A program made the position numbers and the translations under genes. A stretch of DNA of 64,000 nt from Candidatus Poribacteria bacterium (GTDB lineage Bacteria > Poribacteria > WGA-4E > WGA-3G). Of this stretch, positions 1-9,613 are shown piece by piece; within the stretch, counting starts at the first letter, position 1, and the number at the start of each line of letters is the position of its first letter. Under the pieces are notes generated by a model, which was given only the letters and a program-made list of their open reading frames with translations, did no database searches and was not told the origin of the DNA. Where the stretch lies: the NCBI GenBank assembly GCA_965242965.1, contig OZ251518.1, positions 1,888,001 to 1,952,000 on the forward strand, in the 5' to 3' direction.

Positions 1-1389
1 TTTTACCGCGACTTCTACGAAAGAGTCCACGAGCAAATCGAATACGTTTTCCACACCCGCGGCAGCGCGCTACCTGAAGCGTTAACCCGTTTTTTGGAGA
101 GCCAACCTCCTAACGGCAATCAGTTCACGCTGTTCAAATTCTTCAAAGAATTGGGGCGTTTGCTGGACGGACAGCGAGTGGTGCTTGTCATTGACGAGTT
201 TGATGGAATCCCCCGCGACGCGCTTCCAGGGTTCCTGCATACCCTTCGTGACATTTACCTCACCAAGGATTTCGCGACACCGTGCCCTTACAGCGTCGGC
301 ATCGTCGGCATCAAGGGCATCACGCAGCTCAACTATGACAGGACTATCTCGCCGTTCAACATCCAAGACGAGTTCCATTTGCGGAATTTCACACCGCCGC
401 AGGTGCAGGAACTCTTTGGACAGTATACCGATGAAGTCGGACAAGCTTTCGCGCCGGAGGTGATTGAGACGCTGCATCGTCAGACAGCGGGGCAGCCGTT
501 CCTCGTCAACCGTCTCGCGCAGATACTCACGGAGGAGATACGCGTTCCGAAGACAGAAACGATTACCCACTCGCACTTCGCGGCAGCGCACACGGCACTG
601 CTAAAGGAAGACAACACCAATTTTGCTCATCTGACTGCTAATATCCGGAGAAATCCACGATTTGAAAGCATCTTGATGCAAATTGCCTCTTCTGAGAAAG
701 GCATCCGTTTCAATAAACGCGATGAAGAGATGAAAGAACTCGTAACATCCGGTGTCATCGCAGAAGGTGCCGATGGACAATGTGTGATTGTCAACCCGAT
801 TTATCAGGCGTGCATTATGGAAGCGTTCCAGCCACTGTTTAATGGCTTGGAGCGGGACTACCTCCCCGAAGACACGCATGCCGGTTTTCTAGATTACCTC
901 ACGCCGGAGGGGCATCTGGATATGGTATCGCTATTGGATAACTTCCGCGATTTTATTGCGCGCATCGGGTTTCGCATCCTGCAAGTCCCAGAAATTCCCA
1001 GAGAATCTGTGGGACAGCACCTTCTGGCAACGTATCTGGGCGGTTTTGTGCACATCGTGGGCGCGAACATGTATCTTGAAGTGCCAACAGGCCGCGGCAG
1101 GACAGATCTCGTCATCCTCCACAAGGAGCGAAAGTATATCGTTGAACTGAAGTTGTGGGGTGGTGCCGGGTTATATGAAGCCGGGAAGCAGCAACTCGCC
1201 GCCTACCTGAAATTAGAGGGGGCCGTGGAGGGATACTACGTCGTGTTCGATCATCGGGCGGCACCGGAACCGCGGACAGAAACCGAAATGATAGACGGCT
1301 CGCGCATTCGGAGTTATGTTATCCGGGTGGTACAAGAGCGGCCCTCAGATTTAGCGGAGGAAGAAAGCGGATATAATAGATTCGTTTAG
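1..1389 (+). CDS. AAA-like ATPase with C-terminal PD-(D/E)XK nuclease-like domain (5' truncated by window edge)
   Basis: Frame is open from base 1. Walker B VVLVIDEFD, SPFNI and TAGQPFLVN motifs, C-terminal GRTDL...IVELK...QQLAAYL. Confidence 0.8.
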   Translation, partial: FYRDFYERVHEQIEYVFHTRGSALPEALTRFLESQPPNGNQFTLFKFFKELGRLLDGQRVVLVIDEFDGIPRDALPGFLHTLRDIYLTKDFATPCPYSVGIVGIKGITQLNYDRTISPFNIQDEFHLRNFTPPQVQELFGQYTDEVGQAFAPEVIETLHRQTAGQPFLVNRLAQILTEEIRVPKTETITHSHFAAAHTALLKEDNTNFAHLTANIRRNPRFESILMQIASSEKGIRFNKRDEEMKELVTSGVIAEGADGQCVIVNPIYQACIMEAFQPLFNGLERDYLPEDTHAGFLDYLTPEGHLDMVSLLDNFRDFIARIGFRILQVPEIPRESVGQHLLATYLGGFVHIVGANMYLEVPTGRGRTDLVILHKERKYIVELKLWGGAGLYEAGKQQLAAYLKLEGAVEGYYVVFDHRAAPEPRTETEMIDGSRIRSYVIRVVQERPSDLAEEESGYNRFV

Positions 1390-1510
1390 ACACTCATTCC
1401 CCGCGGGTAAGGCGCGGTTTAAATCCGCGCTAGAATCCCCGGTAGGAGAGCCCTCCCGGTCTTGATGAATTCGGACTACCTCAACCAGAGAGAACGAAAC
1501 CGTTTTGGAT

Positions 1511-1539
1511 TTGCATACATTTTGTGAGTGTGGTATCCT
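1511..1539 (+). promoter_or_regulatory. sigma70-type promoter of PspA/ABC operon
   Basis: TTGCAT-17bp-TATCCT with TGTGG extension; GGAGG SD before ATG at 1561. Confidence 0.55.
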
Positions 1540-1560
1540 AAACGGAAGGAGGCATTGAAA

Positions 1561-2208
1561 ATGAAAAATCTAAAGGAAATAGCGTCCCAATTCCGCGAGG
1601 AAGTCCATACGTTTTTGGACATCAAAGCGCAAATGGCGAAATCTGGGATTGTGAAAACCATCGACGATATGAAAGCACGGCTCGCGGCGGGGAAAGAACT
1701 CGTTGCCGCGGCGATGGCAGAAGAGGAACGGTTGAAGCGCGCTTACCAAGAGGCTGTCACGGCTGCGCAGGCCTGGGGAGAAAAGGCAGATGCCGCCCTG
1801 AAAAAGGGACAAACCGCACTCGCACGCGAGGCGTTACAGCAACAGCAGAAAAGTCTTGCGTACCTCGCGCGCCTCCAAGAGCAGCTTGAAACGCAGAAAG
1901 GGGTAGTCGTGAACCTCAAAGCCACCCTGCAGGAATACTATCGGCAATTCCAGAACGCCGTGGAACGCGCCGACTTCTTGCAAACGCGTCAAAAACAAGC
2001 GGCGACGCGCGTGGATTTCTACCAAATTTTCAACAGAAATCCGGAAGAAGCCGTTTTTAAGGAGGCAGAACAGCAGGTGAAGGAGACAGAGGCGCAAGCC
2101 GACTCCCTTCAGAACGCCGATGCAGCACCGAAGCATTCTTCCGAAGGCGGCAAGCAAAATGTAGATGCCGCGCTCGCGCAACTCAAAGACGACGTTTTGA
2201 GGAAATGA
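1561..2208 (+). CDS. PspA/IM30 family coiled-coil protein
   Basis: W..KA..AL.KG...LAREAL motif and VDAALAQLK tail; start placed at the ATG after the GGAGG SD. Confidence 0.75.
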   Translation: MKNLKEIASQFREEVHTFLDIKAQMAKSGIVKTIDDMKARLAAGKELVAAAMAEEERLKRAYQEAVTAAQAWGEKADAALKKGQTALAREALQQQQKSLAYLARLQEQLETQKGVVVNLKATLQEYYRQFQNAVERADFLQTRQKQAATRVDFYQIFNRNPEEAVFKEAEQQVKETEAQADSLQNADAAPKHSSEGGKQNVDAALAQLKDDVLRK

Positions 2209-2954
2209 TTCAGACAACGCATCTCACAAAATACTTCGGGAAGTTGTGCGCGGTAGATAGTCTGACGCTGCAGGTGGCGGCGGGCGAAATTTTCGGGTTC
2301 CTCGGTCCGAACGGTGCGGGCAAAACGACGACGATTAACATACTGACAGGCTTGCTCCAGCCGACATCCGGCACCGCAACCCTCGACGGTTACGACATCC
2401 AGACGCAGAGTCTCCAAGCGAAAGCCATCCTTGGATTGATGCCCGATACGCCGCAAATCTATGAGACGTTGACTGGCAGGCAGTTCGTCCGTCTCGTCGC
2501 CGATTTGTATGAGGTGCCGCCGCAGCAATCCGATAATGAGATGGAGGCGTTGCTCGTGCAGTTGGAACTCGCCGATGCCGCCGATGAACTGATTAAGAGC
2601 TATTCCTACGGCATGCAGAAGAAGATTTTGCTCATCTCGGTGTTGGTGCATCACCCGCGCATCCTGTTTTTAGATGAACCGACGAGTGGACTTGACCCGA
2701 GGAGCGCGCGCACCGTCAGGGAGATTCTGCGAGAACGGTGTGAACAAGGATGCACTGTCTTCTTGACAACGCACATCCTTGAAATCGCTGAGCGGCTCTG
2801 TGACAGGGTGGGGATTATCAACAAAGGACAACTTATCGCCAGCGGCACGTTAAGCGAGTTGCAAGCGCAGAAGGATAGTCGGCGTGAACACCCAATAGCG
2901 AATCCTACGGCAACGCTTGAGGATATTTTCCTCGCGTTAACAGAAGAAACATGA
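2205..2954 (+). CDS. ABC transporter ATP-binding protein
   Basis: GPNGAGKTT, YSYGMQKK signature, LFLDEPTSGLDP; ATGA overlap with upstream gene. Confidence 0.95.
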   Translation: MIQTTHLTKYFGKLCAVDSLTLQVAAGEIFGFLGPNGAGKTTTINILTGLLQPTSGTATLDGYDIQTQSLQAKAILGLMPDTPQIYETLTGRQFVRLVADLYEVPPQQSDNEMEALLVQLELADAADELIKSYSYGMQKKILLISVLVHHPRILFLDEPTSGLDPRSARTVREILRERCEQGCTVFLTTHILEIAERLCDRVGIINKGQLIASGTLSELQAQKDSRREHPIANPTATLEDIFLALTEET

Positions 2955-4627
2955 CAAGATGTCGAGAGCGGGAGGGCTATCCTACCGATTTTCCTCGCGT
3001 TAACGGAAGAAACATGACACCGATGACACTCCTGCTCCGCGCGGGTTGGCAAGGATGGCTCAACAACCTGAAACGCGGGCGTGACGCACGACAGAAACTC
3101 CTCTTAAAATGGGTAGGGTATCTCATTCTCATCGGCGCGCTGTCCCTATTAGGCACGTCTCTCTTCGCGCACCTGCGGTTGTCTGGGGCATCGCCTGCTG
3201 TTGTGTTCCGCGCAATCAACGGGTTCATGATTTTCGGCATCATCATCGTTGCGCGAGACTTGATGGAGAACTCGCTGAAATTTCTGTATGAGGCACCCGA
3301 TAGCGTGCTACTCCGCGCCATGCCGATAACACCGGGAGCGATTTTCGGGTTCAAGTTTGTCCACCTCACCACGAGCCGATTTTTGAGCCTGTTCTGCTTT
3401 TTGGGGCCACCGTGGATAGCATTTGGGCTGATGTTTCAGCTGCCGTGGCACTATTACGTTGCGTTTATGCCAGCATGCGCATGCTTTCTCGTCCTCATCG
3501 CGAGTCATGTCACCATTGGCATGATGATAGTCGCGCGTTTTTTTTCAACGGGAGGGCTCCTCTCTGCACTCAAAATACTCGGCGCAGTGATAGGCGTGGC
3601 ACTCGGCTTCCTCATCTCGTTGACATTCTTCTTCCAATTTGAGGCGATGTCAGTGAAACGATTCCTGCTGGAGTGGGTATCCGCTGGAAATGCGGACGCG
3701 GAACCTGCCGCATGGTATCCGTATCAATGGATGGGCCAGTTAATGTTCAGCTGGGTGACAGGCGCGGGCATCAAATGGGGAACGCTGCTGCTCGGCGGCA
3801 GCCTCGGTTCCGCGGGCATTGCAACGCTTATCGCGACGCAAATTTACACACGGGGATGGGAGAATCTCCGGCAAAGCGCACCGAAAAGAACCCGCACCTG
3901 GGGACGAACGAATGCCACTGCCACATTGCGATTTCCTATGATGCGCGGAAAAATACGCGCGCTGATGGGAAAGGACTTCATCGTCTTCATCAAGCACAGG
4001 GGCCGCTTTGTCGGGATTGCCATGCTCACGCTGTTTTTGGTGATGCACCTCGGCATCTTACTCGCGCAAGGCAACACCGGGGATACGAAGGATGCCGCTG
4101 TCTTCGGCATTCAGATTATGCTTTACAGCACGCTGATTACCTTTGGCTTGAGTTGCAACGGGTTTCGCGAGGAGGCGAAAACGTGGTGGCTGCTGAAAAC
4201 CGCGCCTGTCACCCCCGAATTGGCATGGACGAGCAAATTCCTGACAGCCCTCCTCTTCGCGCTGATTTACGCTGAAGTCTGTCTGTTCATCGCTATGATG
4301 CTGCTCCAAACCCCGCGCGACGCGTGGGCATCGCTGCTACTGATACCCATTTTGACGCTCACCACGGTAACGGCGGTGAACACCGCAGTCGGCACATTAC
4401 CGTGGATGGCGGAATTGCCAAACGCACGAAACCCGCTGTTGCGATTCTTCACCTACATATTCGCCATTCTTATTGATATGGTGCTTGTCATTGCACCGAT
4501 GCTAGCATGGCATCTCGCGGGTGTGGCGTGGTTTGTCGGGATAATGGTGCTGTGTCTCGGCGGATTTGGCATCGCTTATAGATTAGGCGTGCGGAATCTC
4601 CGGAAGTTGTTGGCGGCACAAGCGTAA
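2951..4627 (+). CDS. ABC-2-type multi-pass permease (alternative start 3014)
   Basis: About 12 hydrophobic segments, LL.AMPI and LLKTAPV motifs, ATGA-coupled to the ATPase. Confidence 0.8.
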   Translation: MTRCREREGYPTDFPRVNGRNMTPMTLLLRAGWQGWLNNLKRGRDARQKLLLKWVGYLILIGALSLLGTSLFAHLRLSGASPAVVFRAINGFMIFGIIIVARDLMENSLKFLYEAPDSVLLRAMPITPGAIFGFKFVHLTTSRFLSLFCFLGPPWIAFGLMFQLPWHYYVAFMPACACFLVLIASHVTIGMMIVARFFSTGGLLSALKILGAVIGVALGFLISLTFFFQFEAMSVKRFLLEWVSAGNADAEPAAWYPYQWMGQLMFSWVTGAGIKWGTLLLGGSLGSAGIATLIATQIYTRGWENLRQSAPKRTRTWGRTNATATLRFPMMRGKIRALMGKDFIVFIKHRGRFVGIAMLTLFLVMHLGILLAQGNTGDTKDAAVFGIQIMLYSTLITFGLSCNGFREEAKTWWLLKTAPVTPELAWTSKFLTALLFALIYAEVCLFIAMMLLQTPRDAWASLLLIPILTLTTVTAVNTAVGTLPWMAELPNARNPLLRFFTYIFAILIDMVLVIAPMLAWHLAGVAWFVGIMVLCLGGFGIAYRLGVRNLRKLLAAQA

Positions 4628-4725
4628 CAGGAAAGACGCACAGGAAAAACGCAAAGGTTTCATGAATCTTCTATCAGTTCTGGTTAAATTGAACGGGCGA
4701 ATAGAGGACAGGATAACGCAAAACT

Positions 4726-5247
4726 ATGTTGATTGAATATGAAGGGATAACGCCAAAGGTGCATGACTCTGTTTTCGTCGCGCCGGGTGCGATGCTCATC
4801 GGCGATGTGACGATTGGCGAAGAATCAAGCGTCTGGTTTAACTGCGTGCTCCGCGGCGATTTAGAGCCTATTCGCATTGGATGCCGCACCAACGTTCAGG
4901 ACGGTGCCGTTATCCACATGGACAAAGAGATGCCCTGTCTCATCGGCGATGACGTTACCATCGGGCACGGTGCGATTCTCCACAGCTGCATCATCAGCAA
5001 TGATGCACTTATTGGCATGGGCGCGATTCTACTGAGCGGTTCGGTGATTGGCGAGCGCGCCATTGTCGCCGCGGGCGCACTGGTGCGCGAAGGACAGGAA
5101 ATTCCACCGGATGCCCTCGCGATGGGCGTGCCGGCGAAGGTTGTGCGCGAGGTAACGGCGGCTGAACTAGAACGCGTCCGAATCGGCAAGGATGACTATG
5201 TCTCACGCGCACGCCAGATGCAAAAAGCGCGTCTGTCGGATAAATAA
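4726..5247 (+). CDS. gamma-carbonic anhydrase family hexapeptide protein
   Basis: LIGDVTIG, VLRGD, TNVQDG..IH, TIGHGAILH motifs. Confidence 0.92.
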   Translation: MLIEYEGITPKVHDSVFVAPGAMLIGDVTIGEESSVWFNCVLRGDLEPIRIGCRTNVQDGAVIHMDKEMPCLIGDDVTIGHGAILHSCIISNDALIGMGAILLSGSVIGERAIVAAGALVREGQEIPPDALAMGVPAKVVREVTAAELERVRIGKDDYVSRARQMQKARLSDK

Positions 5248-5316
5248 TGGACACGGGCGGCGCGAGACAGCCGTCCTTACACGCAGGAATGTGTGCGTAA
5301 CTTGACAGGAGAAACT

Positions 5317-6357
5317 ATGGCTAAAAAAACATGTTTGATGATTGGCGGTAGCGGCATGGCCGGCGGCTGGATAAACAATTGGACTCGCAATTTCAGCGAC
5401 GAGGTGCAAATTGTCGGCGTGGCAGATGTCAATACCGACGTGTTAGCGGCACAAGGCGAAGCGTTAGGGTTGAGTCAATCGCAACTCTTCACCGATTTCA
5501 ACGAGGCGTGCGCCACGGTGAAGGCGGACTTCTGTGGGGTTGCTACACCACCACAATTCCACAGCCCGGCTGCAATCGCCGCCATGGAAAACGGCATGCC
5601 GGTAATCTGCGAGAAACCCATCGCCGATACGCTGGATGCCGCCAAAGCGATGGTGCGCACCGCGCAGAAAACGGGGTTGCCGTGCGCGATTATCCAAAAT
5701 TACCGATACGCCGATAACAAGCAGGAACTCGTTCGCATCCGAGACGAAGGCAGATTGGGACGACTCCAGCATATCGTCGGACGCTACGCCTGCGATTACC
5801 GCCGCTATCTCTCCTGGGGCAAAGCGTGGCGGCATGACATGGATTTCGGGCTGCTCTTTGAGGGCTCTGTGCATCACCTTGACATGCTACGCTTTCTCTC
5901 CGGTGGCGACTGCGAGACGCTCATCGGGTTCGGCTGGAATCCACCCTGGTCAAGTTTTCAGCACTACTCCAGCGGTTTCTACGTTATGCGGATGGACAAC
6001 GGTGTCCACACCTCCTACGAGGGAAACAGTTCCGCCGCTGGCATCGTCAACTGCTGGAATCAGGAGTATTATCGCGCAGAGTTTGAGGAAGGTGCCGTTG
6101 AAATCGCGGGCGGAAACCAGATGACTCTCCATCGCGTCGGCGGCGAAACCGAAGTCTACGAGGCACCGGCGATTCCTTATTACGCGCATCAGCATCTGTT
6201 CCACGAATTCCTCAATTGGCTGGATGGCGGCGAACCTTCTGATACGCGGATTGAGGATAATATCAAAAGTTTCGTCCTCGTCATCGCCGCAATGGAGACA
6301 ACGCTTGACGGGCAACCGAAGCACATCGCGGACTATTTGGGTGACTTGTCACTTTAA
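5317..6357 (+). CDS. Gfo/Idh/MocA oxidoreductase
   Basis: IGGSGMA, TPPQFH, VICEKP, HHLD motifs; AGGAG SD. Confidence 0.9.
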   Translation: MAKKTCLMIGGSGMAGGWINNWTRNFSDEVQIVGVADVNTDVLAAQGEALGLSQSQLFTDFNEACATVKADFCGVATPPQFHSPAAIAAMENGMPVICEKPIADTLDAAKAMVRTAQKTGLPCAIIQNYRYADNKQELVRIRDEGRLGRLQHIVGRYACDYRRYLSWGKAWRHDMDFGLLFEGSVHHLDMLRFLSGGDCETLIGFGWNPPWSSFQHYSSGFYVMRMDNGVHTSYEGNSSAAGIVNCWNQEYYRAEFEEGAVEIAGGNQMTLHRVGGETEVYEAPAIPYYAHQHLFHEFLNWLDGGEPSDTRIEDNIKSFVLVIAAMETTLDGQPKHIADYLGDLSL

Positions 6358-6413
6358 CCAGATATCTGTTTGTCAGGGCGGATGGCTCTATCCGCCCACA
6401 TTCTGGGAAAACC

Positions 6414-6707
6414 ATGCACAACATACCCCCAGAACTGCCGCGCGTCCTTGAAGACATCCCCGAAGCCGAGCAGCGCGCCTTGCTTGAAAAGTTGGCACAT
6501 TGGATTGTGCGGCGGCAACTCACCGCGCCTGCCATTCTCTTCTTGGAGACAGGGAAGCCGCTTAATTTTCTGGGCAGTCAACTGATGCTCGCCTTCAGTC
6601 CGTTTGTCCAAGCGTTCTTCAAAGGCGAACAATACCACAAATTGGCTCTCATCCTTGAAAAAGATGAAAATGTTGAGATGCTGATACAACTCATCGAAAA
6701 GGCATAG
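6414..6707 (+). CDS. conserved hypothetical small protein
   Basis: 97-aa ORF with a natural-looking helical sequence (PAILFLETGKPLNFLGSQ), co-directional with its neighbours. Confidence 0.7.
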   Translation: MHNIPPELPRVLEDIPEAEQRALLEKLAHWIVRRQLTAPAILFLETGKPLNFLGSQLMLAFSPFVQAFFKGEQYHKLALILEKDENVEMLIQLIEKA

Positions 6708-6957
6708 AAATTTTTGTTTAGAACGCACGCCGTTTTTTTCCCGTAGCGCGGGGACCTGTCCTCAGCGAGCGTTGGAGTGCGACGACGATGGCGAGGGAAA
6801 CCCGCTCGCATGCGCGTATGGCATCCGAGGGCCCAAGCCCTACGATGAAGGGGCGGCGTGTTTTTTCACCGTAGCGCGGGGACAGGTCCCGCTACGTTGA
6901 GAGATTTAGGAAACACCCTAATCTAATTCCTATTGTTGCGCCTAAAGGAGAAAACCT

Positions 6958-8301
6958 ATGGCAGTAGAACTCAGAATGCTTCAGATGGATCAGACGATGA
7001 CGAAAGGGAAAATTGGGAAATGGCTCGTGAACGAAGGCGATACCGTTGCGGAAGGACAACCTTTGCTGGAAATTGAGACAGACAAAGTCGTCCACGAACA
7101 GGAATCCCCTGCCGATGGCGTTATCGCGCAACTGCTCGCGAGAGAGGGGAGCGATGTGCCTGTTAACGAGTTGCTCGCCATCATCGCCGCGCCGGGTGAG
7201 GAGGTGGCGCGCGTTGAGGTGGAAGCGCAATCAACCAGTGAAACGGAACAAATCGCGCCGCAGCGCGCGACATCGGACATCAAGGCTTCCCCAGCGGCGC
7301 GCCAACTTGCCGAAAAACTTGCAATTAAACTTGAAGAGGTAACAGCTTCCGGTCCCGGCGGCCGCATCTTGGAAAGCGATGTCCAGCGGTATATTGAACT
7401 GCGGGAGCCGGTGGTAGGCGAAAACCTTATTCCCGATGTTGCAAGCAAACCGTCTCGTCTCAAAGCATCCCCGCTAGCGCGGCGATTGGCGAAGGAGCAC
7501 GGTATTGACTTGACAGCGGTTGTAGGTTCAGGACCGGATGGCAGAATCGTCCGGGACGATGTGTTGGAACGCAGGCATGAACGCCAGCCCGCGCCTGCAT
7601 ATACTGCACCGGAGACGGCCGAAGTCATTCCGATGAGCGGCATCCGCGGCATCATCGCAGAACGGATGACGATGAGCGTCCAGACAAACGCGAACGTTAC
7701 GCTTCACACTGAAGTTGACGCGACAGAATTCGTGCAATTGCGCAGTCGTCTCAACGAAAAATTAGCGGCGCGCGACGTTACGCTTACCTACACAGACATG
7801 CTCGTCAAAGTCGTAGCGAATGCCTTGCGCGCGCACCCAAGGCTCAACGCGACGCTCACTGACGAGGGAATTCATCTCTTAACGGAAATCAACATCGGCG
7901 TAGCGGTTGCCCTAGCAGATGGGCTCGTCGTGCCGGTGATTCGCGAGGCCGATAGGCAGGGGTTATCCGCTATCTCGGCGCAGGTGAAAACGTTCGCCGA
8001 GAAGGCGCGTAACAATCAGCTAACTCCCAGTGAACTGCAGGGCGGCACTTTTACCCTCACGAACCTCGGCAACTTCGGGGTTGATGCTTTCACGCCGATT
8101 ATCAATCCGCCGGAGTGCGCTATCCTCGGCGTAGGCAGAATTCTCAAGAAGCCGGTCGTCCAAAACGATGAAATCGTTGTTCGGAGCATGCTGACGCTGA
8201 GTTTGACATTTGACCATCGTGTCGTAGACGGCGCGCCTGCGGCGCAGTTCCTGCAGACTATAGGGGGTTATATCCAAGAACCGTATTTGCTGTTAGTTTA
8301 G
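6958..8301 (+). CDS. 2-oxoacid dehydrogenase E2 (dihydrolipoamide acyltransferase) with two peripheral-subunit-binding domains
   Basis: Lipoyl EIETDK, two ASP.AR.LA...G.GP.GRI...DV repeats, catalytic DHRVVDGA. Confidence 0.95.
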   Translation: MAVELRMLQMDQTMTKGKIGKWLVNEGDTVAEGQPLLEIETDKVVHEQESPADGVIAQLLAREGSDVPVNELLAIIAAPGEEVARVEVEAQSTSETEQIAPQRATSDIKASPAARQLAEKLAIKLEEVTASGPGGRILESDVQRYIELREPVVGENLIPDVASKPSRLKASPLARRLAKEHGIDLTAVVGSGPDGRIVRDDVLERRHERQPAPAYTAPETAEVIPMSGIRGIIAERMTMSVQTNANVTLHTEVDATEFVQLRSRLNEKLAARDVTLTYTDMLVKVVANALRAHPRLNATLTDEGIHLLTEINIGVAVALADGLVVPVIREADRQGLSAISAQVKTFAEKARNNQLTPSELQGGTFTLTNLGNFGVDAFTPIINPPECAILGVGRILKKPVVQNDEIVVRSMLTLSLTFDHRVVDGAPAAQFLQTIGGYIQEPYLLLV

Positions 8302-8303
8302 GA

Positions 8304-9410
8304 TTAGGCTAATTTGAGCTCCTCCAACACGACTGTCGCGTAACCGCCGGGAGGCAATGTAAACGCCAAACGTATCCCCGTATCAACCGCCGTCCCCTGA
8401 TGGACTGTTACCGGCATCCGAAGTGGGCGGCGTGTTCCCGGCATCCGAATGCCGGCGACTTTACGGAATGATTCCAGTGTAACACCTTCGGTTGCAAGCA
8501 CCGCCGCTTCCAACGCCTGCGCTGCACCTCTCGGTTTTTGCATCTTATATCCGAAGATTGGCCCCGAAGGACTAATCTCCAACGCGTCCGAGCGCGGTTG
8601 TTCAACTTCGGCATTTTCAACGAGGAAAGGCGCGCCGTTGCTATGCTTTATCGCGATGTCGCCATCAATGAGGTGTCCCAATTTGGGCGAACGTTGTTCC
8701 AAGACGCGGTTGAACAGATGCGCTTGATACGCCGATAAAAAGAGTTTACGCAGCCGATGCGGAATCGATGCCACCGCTTTCTCTGCCGAGTTGCGTTCCA
8801 TTTCGCGTTGCACACGCTTTGCGATATCGCTCTCGGCAGTGACGAGGAAGTGCGCCGCTGTCTCCCATGCGCCTTGCACCAATGCTTTGCCGATAAGGTG
8901 CGAGTCGTTGTGATGCCCAAATCGCTGAGGTCCGAACCGATTAGGAACGCCTTCTTTTGCCAGACGTTCCATCATGATTTGCGTAGTTCTCAGCGTGTCC
9001 GGTGATACTTCGCGCGCCGTGATTTCAAACCGATTCCCGAGGAGATGCCCCACCCGTAATTTGTGCGGATGCGGCTTCGCCCACAAAATTTCGATGGCAG
9101 GCAGTTCTAACGCCAAGAGCATTTCAGGCGTGATGCCTTCTACGGACAAAACTTGGGTTGTCACTGCCCTCTTATCTTTTAGCCCGGCGTAACCGATGTC
9201 TCGCGCGTTGACATGCAACTCGCGCGCGATGCGGTGAATGGCTTCTAGCGTGCCCAGTTCTCGTTTCCTCACTGCAAAAAAGGTATGCGTGCCGGTCCCG
9301 GACGGTTCATAAAGCGGTAGTTCTTCAACGATGAAATCTTCAGGTTCTGTTTTAATCATTTTTGTTATTCGCGAGGCGTTCGGCAAACGGTACTGAGATA
9401 AAAAACCCAT
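8304..9410 (-). CDS. truD: tRNA pseudouridine(13) synthase
   Basis: PEDFIVEE, GYAGLKDKRAVTTQ, GNRFEI, PNRFGPQRFG, LPPGGYAT; exact start uncertain. Confidence 0.95.
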   Translation of the reverse strand: MGFLSQYRLPNASRITKMIKTEPEDFIVEELPLYEPSGTGTHTFFAVRKRELGTLEAIHRIARELHVNARDIGYAGLKDKRAVTTQVLSVEGITPEMLLALELPAIEILWAKPHPHKLRVGHLLGNRFEITAREVSPDTLRTTQIMMERLAKEGVPNRFGPQRFGHHNDSHLIGKALVQGAWETAAHFLVTAESDIAKRVQREMERNSAEKAVASIPHRLRKLFLSAYQAHLFNRVLEQRSPKLGHLIDGDIAIKHSNGAPFLVENAEVEQPRSDALEISPSGPIFGYKMQKPRGAAQALEAAVLATEGVTLESFRKVAGIRMPGTRRPLRMPVTVHQGTAVDTGIRLAFTLPPGGYATVVLEELKLA

Positions 9411-9560
9411 TTTACCAGGTCGACTTGACGTTGTCAAGTCTTACACGCGAGGCAAGGCGCGCCCGTAGGCGAGACCTCCCGGTCTCGATTTCTTCGGGTA
9501 GGCGAGACCTCCCGGTCTCAATTTTTCTGTTATAGGAAAACCCCCGGTCTCGGTTTTTTG

Positions 9561-9589
9561 TTGCAAAATGCAATAATTTGTGGTATACT
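9561..9589 (+). promoter_or_regulatory. sigma70-type promoter
   Basis: TTGCAA-17bp-TATACT with TGTGG extended -10; AGGAGG SD follows. Confidence 0.65.
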
Positions 9590-9613
9590 TAAAAGGAGAA
9601 GGAGGCGAAAAAA

